Below, piece by piece: positions 13,116-27,031 of a stretch of DNA of 64,000 bases (the first letter of the stretch is position 1; each line of letters starts with the position of its first letter). A program made the position numbers and the translations under genes. The notes under the pieces were generated by a model, which was not told where the DNA came from, ran no database searches, and was given only the letters and a program-made list of their open reading frames with translations. The stretch is from assembly GCA_003693705.1 (NCBI GenBank), contig RBZT01000338.1, forward strand, positions 1 through 64,000. The letters are read 5' to 3'. The DNA is from Polymyxa betae A26-41. Taxonomy: Eukaryota; Protista; Endomyxa: Phytomyxea.

Positions 13116-15336
13116 GCCCTAATCCAGCACATTATGAACTAGAATCGACAGCGTCGTCGGTGACGAATTTGACAGTGCCATCGCGGCTCGCGCCGATCCT
13201 ATTCAGTGCCTGGATCGCCTGCTGACAAAGTTGCAGCGATTGTGATATGCGATGAACGAGAACATTAAAGAGGATAATGAAGTGCTCTTAAGATGTATGG
13301 GATAGCTTCTGACTGAGCAGGTTGCGATCCCGAACGCGGTCAGATTCAGAATCAGTTCAGCATCGAAAGACTTCGATCACATTTTCGGCATGCCTGGTAT
13401 CGTATTAAAACGATAAATAAAACAGATTGGGTCGTTAGTTTTCGCATGCTGTGAGGCAGATGTGTGTCTCAGGAGCAGAATATATGTAAAGAGATGGGTC
13501 AGCAGCGACAGGAAGTTCGAGACGAACGCTTCAGCGAACCAAGACTGAAATCGACCGTTCAAAGCGTTGCCCGTTTGGAATATGGATTCACCAGAGCAAT
13601 CTGATACTACCATATCTTTTGATGCTGATTTGATATCGTAGCATTCAATTGCAAGGAATAAACGCTTCGAATGCAATCATGAGGGTATCTTGATCGCTAT
13701 CTGCCGGAAATTGGCCAATAACATACGCGCCTCGCTCTAGGCTCTCGTACTGGCCCGCTTCTGGTGTCGAATCGGTCAGCATACCCAAACATGAGCGCCT
13801 CTCTGGCACCCTTCATCTTTCTTCTCTTCGGCATCCGTGGGCTGCATTCTCCCGGATTTGTTCACTGGTCTTGATCGCCGTACTGGCTGCCATCGATATC
13901 TCTCTATGTTACTGGCACGCAACCTTGCTGACTGTATATTTCCGAATGTGGAATTAAATCAACTCTATTCTCAGCATATGTTTGTGAAGATGCTGTTATG
14001 AAGTTAAAGCATATCCGTAATGGTCTCTTTAGGAGTACGGAATTGACGATGCCTGGGTCAAGGATAATGACAATAGATATCTTCATCATCGCGATGCTGA
14101 TGAGCTGGGGTTTGATAGAAAATTTTCATTTTTGTTGATGGGTGTTAATGTCAGTGATATTGTCATATACCGAAGAATCAGGTTTAAATGCAACACGATC
14201 AGGAATGTTAAGCACACACGTCCATAGCAAGATTTGATAGGGCGTCTTTCCTAACGATCGACAATCAAGAGGTCGTCCCACTCAATCCGAACTTGGATTC
14301 AGTGCTGATATTACAGGGTCCAGATGCATTTGCCGCGCTGATAAGTTTCCATAGGCTGGATCCCTCAGTTATCAAACATCATCAATGAGGATACTTACAG
14401 AGTCATTGTGATGAAAAACGACCGGAGAAGATTGCCGCACATCTCCGCCCGATTTATGAACCCGTGATCAAAGTCCCAATAAAGTCCAAATCAGCTCTCA
14501 CTGAATGTTAACATGTATTAGGGTTAGGGTTTGAGATTACCACAGCGTACGGTAATGTGCTGGATCATTGGTTATGTCTGATAGAATCAGTTCCAATATG
14601 TTACTCAGAAGGGTGTGGCCCTCGAAGTTCTCAGTAACAGGAGAGCCACGGACCTCTGGGTCTCTGTCCGGATTAGATGTTGTGTCGCTCACAATGCCAA
14701 AAGGCACCATAATGATACAATCCAATCCAATATGTAATTGATGGTATATCGACAGACCCCGAATCTGTAGATTTCCATTCTATGACCCGGATACGGATCA
14801 GCCCGGACTCCATACTGATTTCATGTTATGACAGCTGTTGTATTTCAGTAAAAATAATCAAGTCATTTCATTTAGTGATTCCATCATCTCTCAAATATCG
14901 TCATTCTGATATAATAAGATCCCATCAATATCAAAAAATGTTGCGGATTTCACAGCTGATTCTTGTATTAAAAACCTGGCAGATTACTTGATCGCGGAGT
15001 TACGTTGGAATCGTACGTGTCATGAAACTCTCCTGCATTTCAGGGCAGCCATGGTTAAAAAGAACCAATAGGAGAGAATCCGTCAACCCCCAAACCCTGA
15101 TCCCTCTGTGAAAGAAGCTTACACAACCCCACAGCTTTGTTCCCCGTAGCTTCGTCTCCATACAAACTTTCTTGTCGAATCCCATCCACATAATGAGCGT
15201 TTCGTTCCGCACAGCATCCTTGATTATCTCATTTCTAAAAGATCATACAGGAAGCGATCATATTGTGAACGTTGTTGATTGCGGAATCGTCATTAGATGA
15301 GATAGCGACAAAAAACATGCGGGAACGGGACCTGGA

Positions 15337-16792
15337 TTATGCGGGCAGAAACCCTGCACCACGGACAGCAATAACAATACGACGATGTTCGGAGCTAGGA
15401 GTGGGGTGTCTCGGTCGGAACAGTAACACAAGAATGATGCATTCGAGTGAATGTGAAACATAAAATATTGCGAATGGTAACGTCATAGTGTTTGGAGACC
15501 AGAAACTAGGAGAGAATGCGATCCTTACAGAGCTACATACAATAATGATCATGAATACTCCGATTAATAACACCAATCTGCTCATACGACGAATATATAC
15601 ATTGATGGGGTTGTACGGACTATTAAGAGCCATAGTACGGACATACACGGCACTGCTGATGAACTGCACTCCGATCCATAACGTTAACGTGGCGATCACG
15701 AACGCATCTACTGTTACCACCCAGGATTGATTGGCGTAAGTAGCGTAAATCGCAGAGAATGTGATCTCGTTAACGAATAGGAGAATGTACATAGCGATAG
15801 AGAAGGAGCGGAACTTCCCAGAGAGACATCGCAGACAGACGGACTTTCGTGATGCGAATGAACATTCAATACGGATACGATTCCATACAGATGAGGCCAT
15901 GACAGTAGCTAGGGTTGTATATCCAATCAGTTGCTGATTCATAAGGAGATGTATACGGGCTGGCACTAATGCAGATGAATGATTTCCACCGAGGCCGCGT
16001 CCCAATGATATAATCGGACTCACAATCGACATTAATAAAAGTCCGTAATGATGATAGGAGAGGCTCTCACTCAAATACCGCAGATATCTACTTCGACCTT
16101 CGCTTGTTTCCGTCAAAAATTGTCCGTATTTGGATCTTAATACAGCCGTATGTTGTAATAGGAATATCCAGGATAATATGGAGGTTATAGCGAAGCAGAT
16201 ACACGGAATATAACGCATAAATACCTGAAATTGCCATGAGGCAAATGTATCAATCCACGGGTTCGGGTCCGGGGATAATGTCGCATGAAGGCGGAGCCCT
16301 TCGGACTTCACCAAGGCCGCAATCATGTCCGGGTCCGAGAACATCTGTACGAATACGATGTGGTCATAGACAGCATGTCCGTCATGCATGTAGCGGAATA
16401 CACCGCCGGGGTTATGCCAGCCCAACACTACGGGCGAATCAGTCCGCGAGCTGACGAAACCCTAAAACCCTAACATAGCACTCACTCAGCAGACCGGCGA
16501 CGCCCCGAGACGCGAATGCGTCGTACTGCCGCTCGTAGCTGCAGGCGCCCGATTTGATGAGTGCCAGTCGGCCAGCAACATCCACGTTACCGGGATTACA
16601 GGAGTCCGTGTCGGGCAAGTAGACGAACTCCCCCGTCACGGTTACGTTACTCTGCGGACCCAGGAACATCGTCGTCGGCACACTGACATAAGTGATATTC
16701 TCCAGAGGTCCGTCTAAGAACGTCAGACTGGGATGGGCCAGCTCGACCATCCCCATCAGGATCATGATGAGATAGGTCGTGTTACGATACAT
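15337..16792 (-). CDS. PA (protease-associated) domain + multi-pass (~7TM) receptor-like membrane protein (exons 16792-16486, 16427-15337)
   Basis: Exon 1 has a signal-like start and the PA motif SCNPGNVDVAGRLALIKSGACSYERQYDAFASRGVAGLL. A 58-nt intron GTGAGT..CGTAG (16485-16428) gives an in-frame join. Exon 2 has about 6-7 hydrophobic helices. Confidence 0.8.
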
Positions 16793-18390
16793 GACGATGA
16801 AGGCATTGATAGCGCGCCCCTCCCAGATCGATCAATGTGTACTAGAATATCGCAATGTATAAAATCGCTTTCCCGAGGACAATGACACGGTGAAGCGTCG
16901 TCTCGTATCGTAATGTGAAATCTGTTCATTGAGCAGTCAGAGGTAACATCAGCAGTGTATTTGTATGATGGAATCTCTGTATGAACCCCGTACCAGGTCA
17001 TCGGAAGATTTTCAACCAAAATTTTTCGAAAAATCAATTTGATCACTCATGTCCGGATATTATAGGAGCACATCCTTATCACCTGATTCCGAACGAAGCA
17101 AGTTCTAAGCCATAAGCATATAGCTGTTTATAAGAGCTCTTACAGCCCCTCGACAAAGAATATTATAGAAACTTGAATACAAAGCTACTCGATCCATACT
17201 AGCATTTATAGACTGTTTTTCTTGATGTCGGAAGGTGACAACGCTCCAGAACAATTTAATTCAATGTTTAATCAGGCATCTGATTTTGCCCAATATGCAC
17301 AGCTAGATGTATTACGATGATGAATCCCAGCATACATTTTTTTCAAAACTTAGGCCATGATACATGATCACACCATGCTCGAACAAATTCGTCCAGAGCA
17401 AAGTTGACAGACAGACATCTGCACATTGGATTGACAGTCTTGCTCAGAATGTGAAGTTCATTGTCATTGCTTGTAACATATCTGTTGGATATTCGGGTGA
17501 CAATTGGTGGAAGTAACATGAACTGGAGGGTTGAACCGATACATGATAAAGAGATCCATGATAATCGGTGAAGTCGATATTAATCATGAAATTGTCAAAG
17601 AGCGTATTGCAGCTTAATATTCTTCAGCGTCTCTTCTTGCCAATATTAATAGCAAACTTGATCCAATACCAAGAAGTTTCACATCTTTTCATAACGACAG
17701 ATTCTCGAACAAAGCATGACTAGTAACAGATATTGCAATACAGATTGTTGAGTCCTAACCAGCGCCTTGAAAGGCGCCAAACACCTTGGACGAATATTGA
17801 TCGAGTACATAATGATATGATCATCTGCTTGATGTCGATAGTACGGCCCCTGATCGCAGGTACACAACAAGTTCAGGCGCCATTGCCATTGACACACCTC
17901 ATTACCAGCCGCACAAGGAAAGCTTCAGATATTTCCAATCTGGATGAAGATTTCGTCAAAATTTATCAACAACGAGTTTATTTCGATTAAAGTTTCGGAT
18001 TCTCACATACTCACTCTGTTACGAGATTCCGCTGAATATTCATTAAATTGTAAAGTTGCAGCTCTCGAATGTCATTATATTGAATGGGGTCTATTCTCCA
18101 GGGCTGAACAGCCCTAATCTGTGAGTGCTCAATGCAGATATCAAGATCATGTTGGGGAAGCCCATCAATAGCAGGTGATGGAAAGGCCGAGGACGTAGCG
18201 ATGTTCGAGCTGAAGCTACAAAAGCGACCAAATCTGCCATTAACAGTCAGATCGGTTGATAGCTCACGCACATCCTCTTAGCAAGCTTACGGGGAAACCC
18301 TAACCCTAAACATCTAATGAGCCGTTTGTTAAGGGCAAAGGGGGAAGTGATCGTAAGATTTTGTGAAAGTTTATTTAATCTTCGAATGCA

Positions 18391-21300
18391 TTAGTTAATC
18401 GATCCTTGTAACTTGGAACGTATCTTGCGGCGTCGTTCACTGAGATTGGCGATACGAAGTTGAAGGAGATCCTCATTGGACATTGCACCAGCTGGTGTTG
18501 ATTTCAATAGATCCGAGGAGGCCGCATTCCGAGCATTTCGGGCTTGACGAATCGAGGTCAGAGCTGTACGAGTTCTGGGTTTCGGAGTTTCCTCATCAGA
18601 ACAGTCCTCCTCCGCCTTAATGGCGCTCGACCACGGAGATGGCCGAGCTTTGATTGCAGCTTTGGATGGTTTCTGCTTCACGGAGTCTGTAGTGAAAGGT
18701 TTTAGGGTTGATCGTGGCGGCGTATAAGTTGAATAAGCCCGTGGGGATGGTTTCACTTCAGCCGGAGTTCCGCTGATAACAGTCAGAGCAGGTTTCGGAG
18801 TTGATTCGCTTTCCGATACGGAGACTTCGGACTCGGATTCGGCCTGCGGCGGCTCCTCTTCGGCCTCAAGTTCAGGTTCCTCTTCTTCAGGTTCTTCAGA
18901 GGTCTCCGATTGTTCACCATCTTCAGATTGTTCTGGATCATGCTCTGGTTCCTCCTCGCACTCCGATTCGGAGTCCTGCTCAGCAGGTTCCGCAGATGGG
19001 ATCGGTTTCGGTAATACCGGACTCGGTGGAGTTCCGGGTTTCTTCACCAATGGTGCAGTTGTAGGGATTAAGTCCGTATCTGGAGCTGTTGTCTCATGGA
19101 CATAGCTCGAGTACGTGGTCGTCGTATTCATCGACGGACTTTCGGATTTTCGTGCGGATACCGCAGAATGTGCCGGAGTTACTGGTGCCGGGGTTGACTT
19201 TCGCAATGTTGAAGCACTCGAGTCCGGAGCAACCTCTTCATCAGTCATGGATTTGACCATAGTGCGTGGGAAGTACGTCCGTGATGAAGGAGTGGCAGAG
19301 GAGTCCGCAGATTCCTGATCAGCAGATGGGATGCCCGCAGATTCGGACTTTTGATCACGGTAGGAAGAGCTGCCAGCGAGGTTGAACTGTACGACCCGAG
19401 TATTGGTGCGAGTTGGGGTCGGATTTGGGGTCTGTCCAGGTTCGTTCAGCAATACGGACATGTCGTTGATGGTATCAGTAAGGCCCGCAGAATTCGAATC
19501 AGATTCCATCGCCAGAACTGCCACTATCACAATGTTAACGAAGGTCAAAATCATGAAACGAAATCGTAAGAATCGAAACAGCACTGAGAAGGCTGTCAAA
19601 GCTGTGAGAGGAATATTGCAAAAGATTTATAGACAAAACAGAAGACAAAGATGAGTTTTAGCAAAGGATTCATCTGAGAAAAGTTCAATCTTCCTGGAAA
19701 TGCAAAAGTTCATTAAATTACAAAAATGCAACAAATGAAAAAAAAGAACAAAAACAACAAAAATGTGAAGTTTGAAATAAGTCGAAGAATGTATATGATG
19801 TGTTACATACATTCAGCCAATTCATCACCATCAAATGGAGCTGGAGTCTCTTCAATGAGGACGGATTCGTCATCAGCTTCTTCTACAGCAACTGCATCAT
19901 CACCTGATCACATTTTCAATTTGCAATACAACAAGTCTCAGCACGTGACGTACTGGAGCGACCCCGAGGGGCGTACACGCCCGATGTGGTTCTAGCCGGT
20001 TGGCGCCCGTTACTTGTTGCGTCCAGCGATCCTGAAAACTCTATCAATGAAATAAGATACAAAATGGAATAATTCGTACCAGAAGCTCTGGTGAGCTTCT
20101 TTGAAGACGGTGTCGACAGCGATCGTCGCGGACCATGTTCAGCGTCCACATCCTCAGAATCGACTTCGGTATCATCGGTTGTTGCTGGAGCAGAGGTTGG
20201 TGCTGGGGCGGTTGTTGAGGCCGGGGTTGGGGCCGATATAGGGACCGATACGAATGGATTACGCAGGAATTCCGCCATAGATTGTGATGGAATCAGATAG
20301 TCAGACTGGTTCTGTTTCACATCAGACAGTGGCGGAGTAGCAGGCGATCCTTCGGTAGAATTCGAATCCGCAGTCTGGACTGGAACTGAGGTATTATTAT
20401 ACACGCCGGACTTGGAGACATTCGGTGCCAGATTCTGCACGGAGTTGCTCTGTTCGTCAGACGCTATAAAATTTGAATGAGTCGCAGCCCTACAAAGACC
20501 TTAAACGAATCTTACCGGATAGGATCTGTTCAGCCTGTTTTTGAGCTTTGGAATCTTTGCTGATTCTGGGACTGTATTCGGAGGTGGAGTTGGAGGAGGC
20601 GGATTTATACACATTTGTGGACCGAGATGGAGCCCGTACAGGTTTAGCAGTGTTAGATGATGGGCTCATAGGCGACCATTCTGTAACATATTCATCAACA
20701 GACTTCTCTTGAACTGAATCAGAAGGTTTTGGAGTAGAAATGGGCTCAGATGATGCTGCAGTGGTATTAGTAGGCTCTATCACTGCAAATTTCGGCAGCG
20801 GGAGAGGTGATGGAGTAGACGGCTGTGTTGTGGGTTCCGGAGTCCGAGGAGACGGCTGCGGTGTCGGCTTTGGAGTTGGTTGCGGCGTAGGTTTCGGAGT
20901 TGGCCGTGGGGTAGGCTTTGGAGTTGGCAGCGGAGTTGGTCGCGGCGTAGGTTTCGGAGTTGGCCGTGGGGTAGGCATCGGCGTAGGCCTTGGAGTTGGT
21001 TGCGGCGTAGCCTTTGGAGTTGGTTGCGGCGTTGGTTGCGGCGTAGACTTCGGAGATGGCTTCAGGGTTGGCCGCTGTGAAGGCATTGAAGTATGCTTAA
21101 GAGTCTTCGGAGAAGGTTGCGGACTTGGCTGTGATTTCTGAGATGAATCCGAACTCGAATCCGCATTCGAATAGTTCTTGTAGCTCTGCGCTGCAGAATC
21201 ACCAATTGAAGCCTCTTTATCGGAGTGTTCAGAAGCCGAGGCAGGCTGAGAGGTAGGCGGTATAACATAGGGAGGTGATGTCGACGGCCCTGAAGTGTTT

Positions 21301-23489
21301 GACGTCGCGTATGGCAATGAAGACGTCAAAGGAGGGGACGCCTTCCTGGATTTGGCCTTATTGGCGGCCTTCTTCGGTCGTGAGACAGGTTTCCAGGTTG
21401 GTTTTGTTGCAGAAGTTGGAGCTGGTGTCGGCATAGGCGATGGTGTTGCCGACCACGGACTTAACCTCGATCTAGACTCAGAAGATTGCTCATGTGGCGC
21501 ACTCTCCGAATTCTCTCTTGAAGATGACGACGATTTCTTTTCAGAAGATCCTTCGGACGATTTCCCTTCAGAAGATACCTCCGGCGATTTCTGTTGTGAC
21601 CTTTCTGATGATTTATGTTCGGAGGACTCCATAGAAGACTTCTGCTTGGAAGATGATTCCGGAGATTTGTGTTTCAATGGAGATTTAGCGGGAGATTTCG
21701 GCGAAGGAGGTTTCGTTGGCTTCAACATCTTGCCTGGTCCAAGAGGTAATGCCGGAGCCATTGCTGGGATTGTGACTGGTACGACCGGGGGGGACACGGC
21801 TGGTTCTGCGATCTGATGGAGTCGCTGTAGAGGGTCTGCTGGTTGTCGTGGTGCAGCCCCAGATAATGGCATATAAGGTGGTGGCATTATAGTCATTAGA
21901 GGTACTGGTGGAGGTAATGTGATCGGACGAACTGGCATTGACATACTGGGAGTCAGAGGGACATTTCCTGCCTGTAGAACTGTTTTAATAAACTGGAATA
22001 AAACATCAATAGAAACAAAGTCAATGATTATAAAGTTTGGAAAAAATGCATAAAAAGTCTTAATGCGAGAAGCCGTCCAAAGAAAAGTGAAAAACCCCGA
22101 AGCTGCCAGAAAATAGATTTAAACTGGTTATGCTGTAAAAAAGTTTAAACTTTTTCGATTTGAGAGAAGTGCAAAACGGAGAAATCAACTGCGAGAGCTT
22201 ACAGCGGACGGAGCTGCAGGGCCTGTTGGGGTGGGATTCGATCTTTGATCCGGAACAGGTCCAGCAAGTTTCGGCGTTTCGGGCTGCTTGCGATCCGTGT
22301 TGGGTTGCTTGGGCTTAATGGGAGATGATGCCGAAGGACTGGTAGGAGTACCGACCTTTATTGATCGTCGTGGATTTGGTGACGGATTGGTCGGGCCTGC
22401 AGATTTGGTCGCAGGTGATGGCTGTCCAGATTTAGATGGGATTATGGGCTCTGAGTCCGTCTTATCATCCGGTGATGGAGAATCACTGGATTTGGGCCGA
22501 ACATCAGGTCCGTTCAGAGACGGCGAAGTATCAGATTTCGAAGCAATTGTCGACAGCGGATCTCCAGGTGATTTCGGAGTTCGAGGCGTATCATTGGACT
22601 TCGTAGGAGATGGGACAGAAATCGGCCTTTTAGAATTCGGGGTCGAGTTTGGCGAATTTGAAGTCGGTGTCGGGCTGCTTGATTTTGGGGCTGGATTGAT
22701 AGGAAAGGCAGGAGGGCCGCTTCTCGGATTGGCAGCGGGAGATGGGGCTCCGGACCTGGGTGATCGAGCCGCTGGCGGCGAACTTGGTTTTGGTGAAAGC
22801 GACGCTTTCGGAGCTGGAGTGGAATCGACGGGAGTCGGCGCATTGCCGTTATCCGAAGCTGGGGTCGTGGGGTCCTTCTTGGGGCCTCTCGGATCCATAT
22901 TACTCGCTTTCACAGGGGCCTTTGGATTCAAGTTAGGAGCCTTCGGATCCTCAGTAGGCGCCTTCGAATCCTTATTAGGAGCTTTCGGATCCATATTTGG
23001 ATCCCTATTCGGATCCCTATTAGGAGCCTTCGAATCCTTATTAGGGACTTTCGGATCCTTTGTTGGAGCCTTTGGATCCTTATTAGGGGCTTTTGGATCC
23101 AGATTAGGAGCCTTTGGATCCTTATTAGGGGCTTTCGGATCCATATCAGAGGCTTTTGGATTCATATTAGGGGCTTTTGGATCCATATTAGGAGCCTTGG
23201 GATCCATATTAGGAGCTCTCGGATTCATATCCGGAGATTTGGGATCCATTGCTGGTGCAGTAAAATTGGGCGGACATGGTGTTAATGATATCGCGCGATG
23301 CATATCAGTATGACCCATAGTAAATGGATTGGAATCCAACAGATGTCCAGGAATACTGACCTCATGGTCCTCATACGAATCCATCATATGATGTTTCGTA
23401 TCAATCGATTCGATAGTTAACCAGGATTGGGCGGTGCCACATACCACCAATAACGTTACCAGATATAGGTGCGACCTGTACGACCGCAT
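18391..23489 (-). CDS. Secreted Pro/Ser/Thr-rich mucin/extensin-like protein, ~1476 aa, 6 exons (23489-22203, 21971-20516, 20463-20080, 20031-19954, 19903-19811, 19523-18391)
   Basis: Signal peptide [22 protein letters not shown]. Five GT-AG introns join the four long ORFs in frame, totalling 4431 nt = 1477 codons. DPKAPN and PTP(K/R/Q) repeats. Confidence 0.8.
20850..21055 (-). repeat. Coding tandem repeat encoding PTP(K/R/Q) tetrapeptides
   Basis: 12-nt periodic repeat; translation [31 protein letters not shown]... Confidence 0.9.
22885..23250 (-). repeat. Coding tandem repeat encoding (M/K/L)DPKAPN heptapeptides
   Basis: 21-nt periodic repeat containing GGATCC; about 16 copies of xDPKAPN variants. 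Confidence 0.9.
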
Positions 23490-25389
23490 CTTGGTTCGGG
23501 GGTGTGATAGAATACTTTAGATCAGGGACGGACGACGCCCCCTGTAATAATAACAATGATATTATATAGGATAGACAATATAGATAACGAAACTGAACCA
23601 TGTCGACTGTCACGTGGATGAGTCAACGGTCATTGACTGTAACGTTATTCATGACTCATCCGACCATCACTATTGGTAGGTAAAGTGAGACTGTGATGAT
23701 CTTTGTTATTTGGTGTCGCAAGGTTTCCAAATAGACATGTGCTGTATTCTCCACTCCACCCTGTTTGCATCTTTATGGTGCCCGATCCTATTTTTTTAAC
23801 AAATCGGATATTTTTCGAAGATTTTTCAGCCTATGCCGTCAACCCGCATCAAGTCATTTTTTGAGATTAGTCTTCATCAAAGAATAAATTGTCTAAAAAT
23901 CCGCCTTTGCATATTGTTGGAATTGCCAGTAAAATGGTTTACTGAATGTCTTAACATATTCCATATGTCAGTTTTAGATGATTCTATTTGTCTGGTCATA
24001 ACCCTAACCCCAACCTATTGCAGAAATATTTTACAGAGGCTGCCTTATGGCAGCAAAGACCGAAATTTCATTTTGGTAACAAACTTCAATTTCTGAGAAC
24101 AACTTCATTTTGAAAGGAGCAAATTAACAAAGATCACATTGTATCGGTTTATAGCATGTTATAAAGTTATAATCGCTGAATAGGTGCATGTTTATCTATG
24201 TATTAGCTCTGTTCTAGTGAATCTTCCACTGAGTCGCTACCTAATCGTTGGCTATTTGTAACTATCGATCCTGTTATTTGTGCTTAGGATTTTCAACACT
24301 TACGGAATACAATCGTTGATAGAAGTGGCGACAGCTGCCAACTTCTGCATAAAATTATACTGAGTGAGGTCAGTCGCAGTTTAGAGATGCGTGAGCGCGG
24401 GCGCCGGTGCGAAGGCGAAATTTTGGGCGAGGTGCATTCGGGTGCGTGTGGATTTTGGGAAACGCAGTTCAAACATCGGGCGGATTTGGGGATCGACGAA
24501 ATGGTGGCGTTGCGGGACTTCCAAGCTCCCATCGGTTTTCTGAGACATTCAACCAACTCAACTTGAGAAAGTATGTAACCTCCTTGATAAAATGTAATCG
24601 AAATTGTAAAATTCTACGTTTATTTCCCATGGGCTGATCAAATTTTAAATTGATTTATAACTTGTTTTGAGCCATCGTGGTTTAGTGGGCTGGATGTTAT
24701 AATGTTAACGGATGTTGATTACATTTATAATGGGTTGAATGTATCTATTGTTGCATTATGGATGTAGAGTTTATTTAATTCCCAGAATTTTAGGTCATGT
24801 GATTGCATTTTTCGTAAATTTCTTGTTTTCTAATAAACCCATTTTTTAATTTCAACCATTTATATGTTAGGAATGTGGTAGACATGAAATTCAGCTCTAC
24901 GTATTGATTGAGCTATGCCACCTTAAACTGCTATGAAGTGACCGACCGACTATATCTCTGGCAATTGCAACTATACGGCCATGATCCATATTGAAAATGT
25001 CGTCGGAGGTTTAGGGGGCAATCGGCGCTCCAGTATGAGATTGCGCATCTGTTGTTCATTCGTGACATCACCTAACACTTGCCAATATTGTTACAAGTTA
25101 CAATTTGCACTAATACAGTACTTTTCAGTTGACAGAACATTCAAATACAAAGACGCTGTTTGGAGACTTTTATGGATTTTAAAAGAATCGTGAAAGGCAT
25201 TCCAGTAGTGTAGTTTGTCAGAAGGCAACACTCGATGGGAAAACAGGCAGGAACTTTGCATGTTTTAATGCAAATTGAGGGCGCTGTTTGGAGAATTGTT
25301 ATATAGAAGGAGAAACCGTAAAATTCCATATTATGTTACAGTATATTATAGAAGGACAGACTGATTGGCATCACCTCGAATAAATAAGC

Positions 25390-25871
25390 CTAGAAACAGC
25401 AATCGCAATCGAATGGACATAGGGAAGTACCACCACCCTCTCCGATTCTTAACTCTTCAGCTGTATAGAGGCGCAATCCGTCGATGGTCCGGTACGTCTG
25501 TTGAGCGGCCGCCCCTTGCCGGCTCAGGCCCAGGTCGTCGTCCATCGGAGCCGCTTGCCTGGCCTACAGCACGTCAAATGAGCGGTGTTCACAGACAGGT
25601 ATCATAACGGAAACGTAAAAGACTGTCAAGCAATGTAAGCTCGGCGTACCCAGATCACGGGACCGTCGCTCTCCTTCTTCTTCGCAGCGGCGACCTGCGC
25701 CTTCGCCGTCTTAATATTCTGGAAAATGTCATCGATATCGGCCGTACTGGCCCGCGACTGGGACTGGGTGCTGGGCGGCGCGGCCTTCTTCGTGTTGCCT
25801 TTGGCGGACGTGACCGTGGTCTTCTTTGTGATCGACGGCCGCGGGCTCGAAGACGTCGCCTTGAGCGCCAT
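25390..25871 (-). CDS. DUF1764-family protein (2 exons: 25871-25650, 25563-25390)
   Basis: Exon 1 contains DIDDIF. The 86-nt intron GTACGC..TGTAG joins to an exon ending YRTIDGLRLYTAEELRIGEGGGTSLCPFDCDCCF*, the DUF1764 C-terminal signature. The ORF track misses this exon. Confidence 0.9.
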
Positions 25872-25958
25872 CTCCTTCGCGTTCGTTCGGAGTCGAGCGA
25901 GGCCGGCCGTCTGACCGACTGGCGCAGTTTCTTGCGAAACCCTAGACCCTAGACCCAT
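25872..25958. promoter_or_regulatory. 87-bp bidirectional intergenic/promoter region containing telo-box-like AAACCCTAGACCCTAGACCC
   Basis: Divergent ATGs at 25871 (-) and 25959 (+); motif at 25937-25956. Confidence 0.55.
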
Positions 25959-26870
25959 ATGGACTTGGAGCTGACCTGCATCACGCTCCCGCCCAGATAT
26001 AACGACCCCGGCAGCGCCGATCTCATCGTCCAAGTGAATGACTGCACGTTTCATCTTCACCGTCACGTGATGGCGGCGTTCTGTAACGATATCCCACAGG
26101 GACAACTCCGATTCAACGTTACTCCCAGTGTCAATCCCGTACACGGCTTCGACCTATTCTGTCAGACTGTGTACGGTATGACGCAGCTGAATCGACTCAA
26201 CACCGATCAGCTGTTTGCGCTGGTTTTCATTGCCGATGCGTTACAGTCCCGGGCCGTACTGGCTATTTGCGATGCGGCTCTGTACGAAGTCGGATTCCGA
26301 TCGAAGACGTGGATTAGCAGCCTGCAATTCGCTCGCAGATATAACCTGCAGAAAACATTACAAATGATCGTTCAGGTTGGTGATTACGTTGGAATGAAAT
26401 ATTATATGATGATTTCATACTTTCTGCTCTTGGATGATCTCATCAACAACAATGGCTTTTTCAAGATTGTGAAGTTTCACCTCTCACTATCAATGTTATA
26501 GGAGAATCTTGACGAGTTGATCTCTATACAACCGTTACTACTCGATGACCTGCCTGTTCATCAATTTCACCATCTTTTGTCCACAATTCGTTCGCCATTC
26601 TTACCTAAAGTTCGTCTCATACTGAACTACTGCAGTCAACAGCAGGTTCCATTGCACGAGTGCAGAAATATCACAATTAAAGGTGACCTTCTCATCGCTG
26701 CTTTCGACACCCTCATCATGACTGTTGACGGCGACGAGGCCGATAAACAAGCAATAACCATCGGTCTGGAAGTTGCCAATAGAATAGTTCTGATTGGTGA
26801 TGATGAGCGAATGCGAGGACCATGTCTCCTATATCGTATTATAGCTGAACGTGCCCTCAAACTGTCTTGA
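25959..26870 (+). CDS. BTB/POZ-domain protein (exons 25959-26375, 26502-26870; 3' end uncertain)
   Basis: ADLIVQVNDCTFHLHRHVMAAFC matches the BTB N-terminal motif. A phase-0 intron (26376-26501) joins to a BACK-like segment ENLDELISIQPLLLDDLP. Confidence 0.75.
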
Positions 26871-27031
26871 CACGATCGGAAGAACTTCCGGACGGTTTAG
26901 CCTGATTTCATCAATATGATTTCGAAGTATGGAAGTACAGTTAATAAACGTTATATTATATAGAGATAGATACATAGATACATCGTCAATCAGATTCGAT
27001 ATAGATCAAGAACCCAGATTGAACGTAATAA

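Noticed and set aside
13380-15250. Fragmentary minus-strand ORFs with splice-like sites
   Set aside because: No consistent reading frame or recognisable domain; probably a decayed gene.
20740-23313. Long + strand ORFs (e.g. 22288-23313, 21295-21816, 20740-21141) encoding Gly-rich repeats
   Set aside because: Antisense shadows of the Pro-rich minus-strand gene; repeat codon composition suppresses stop codons.
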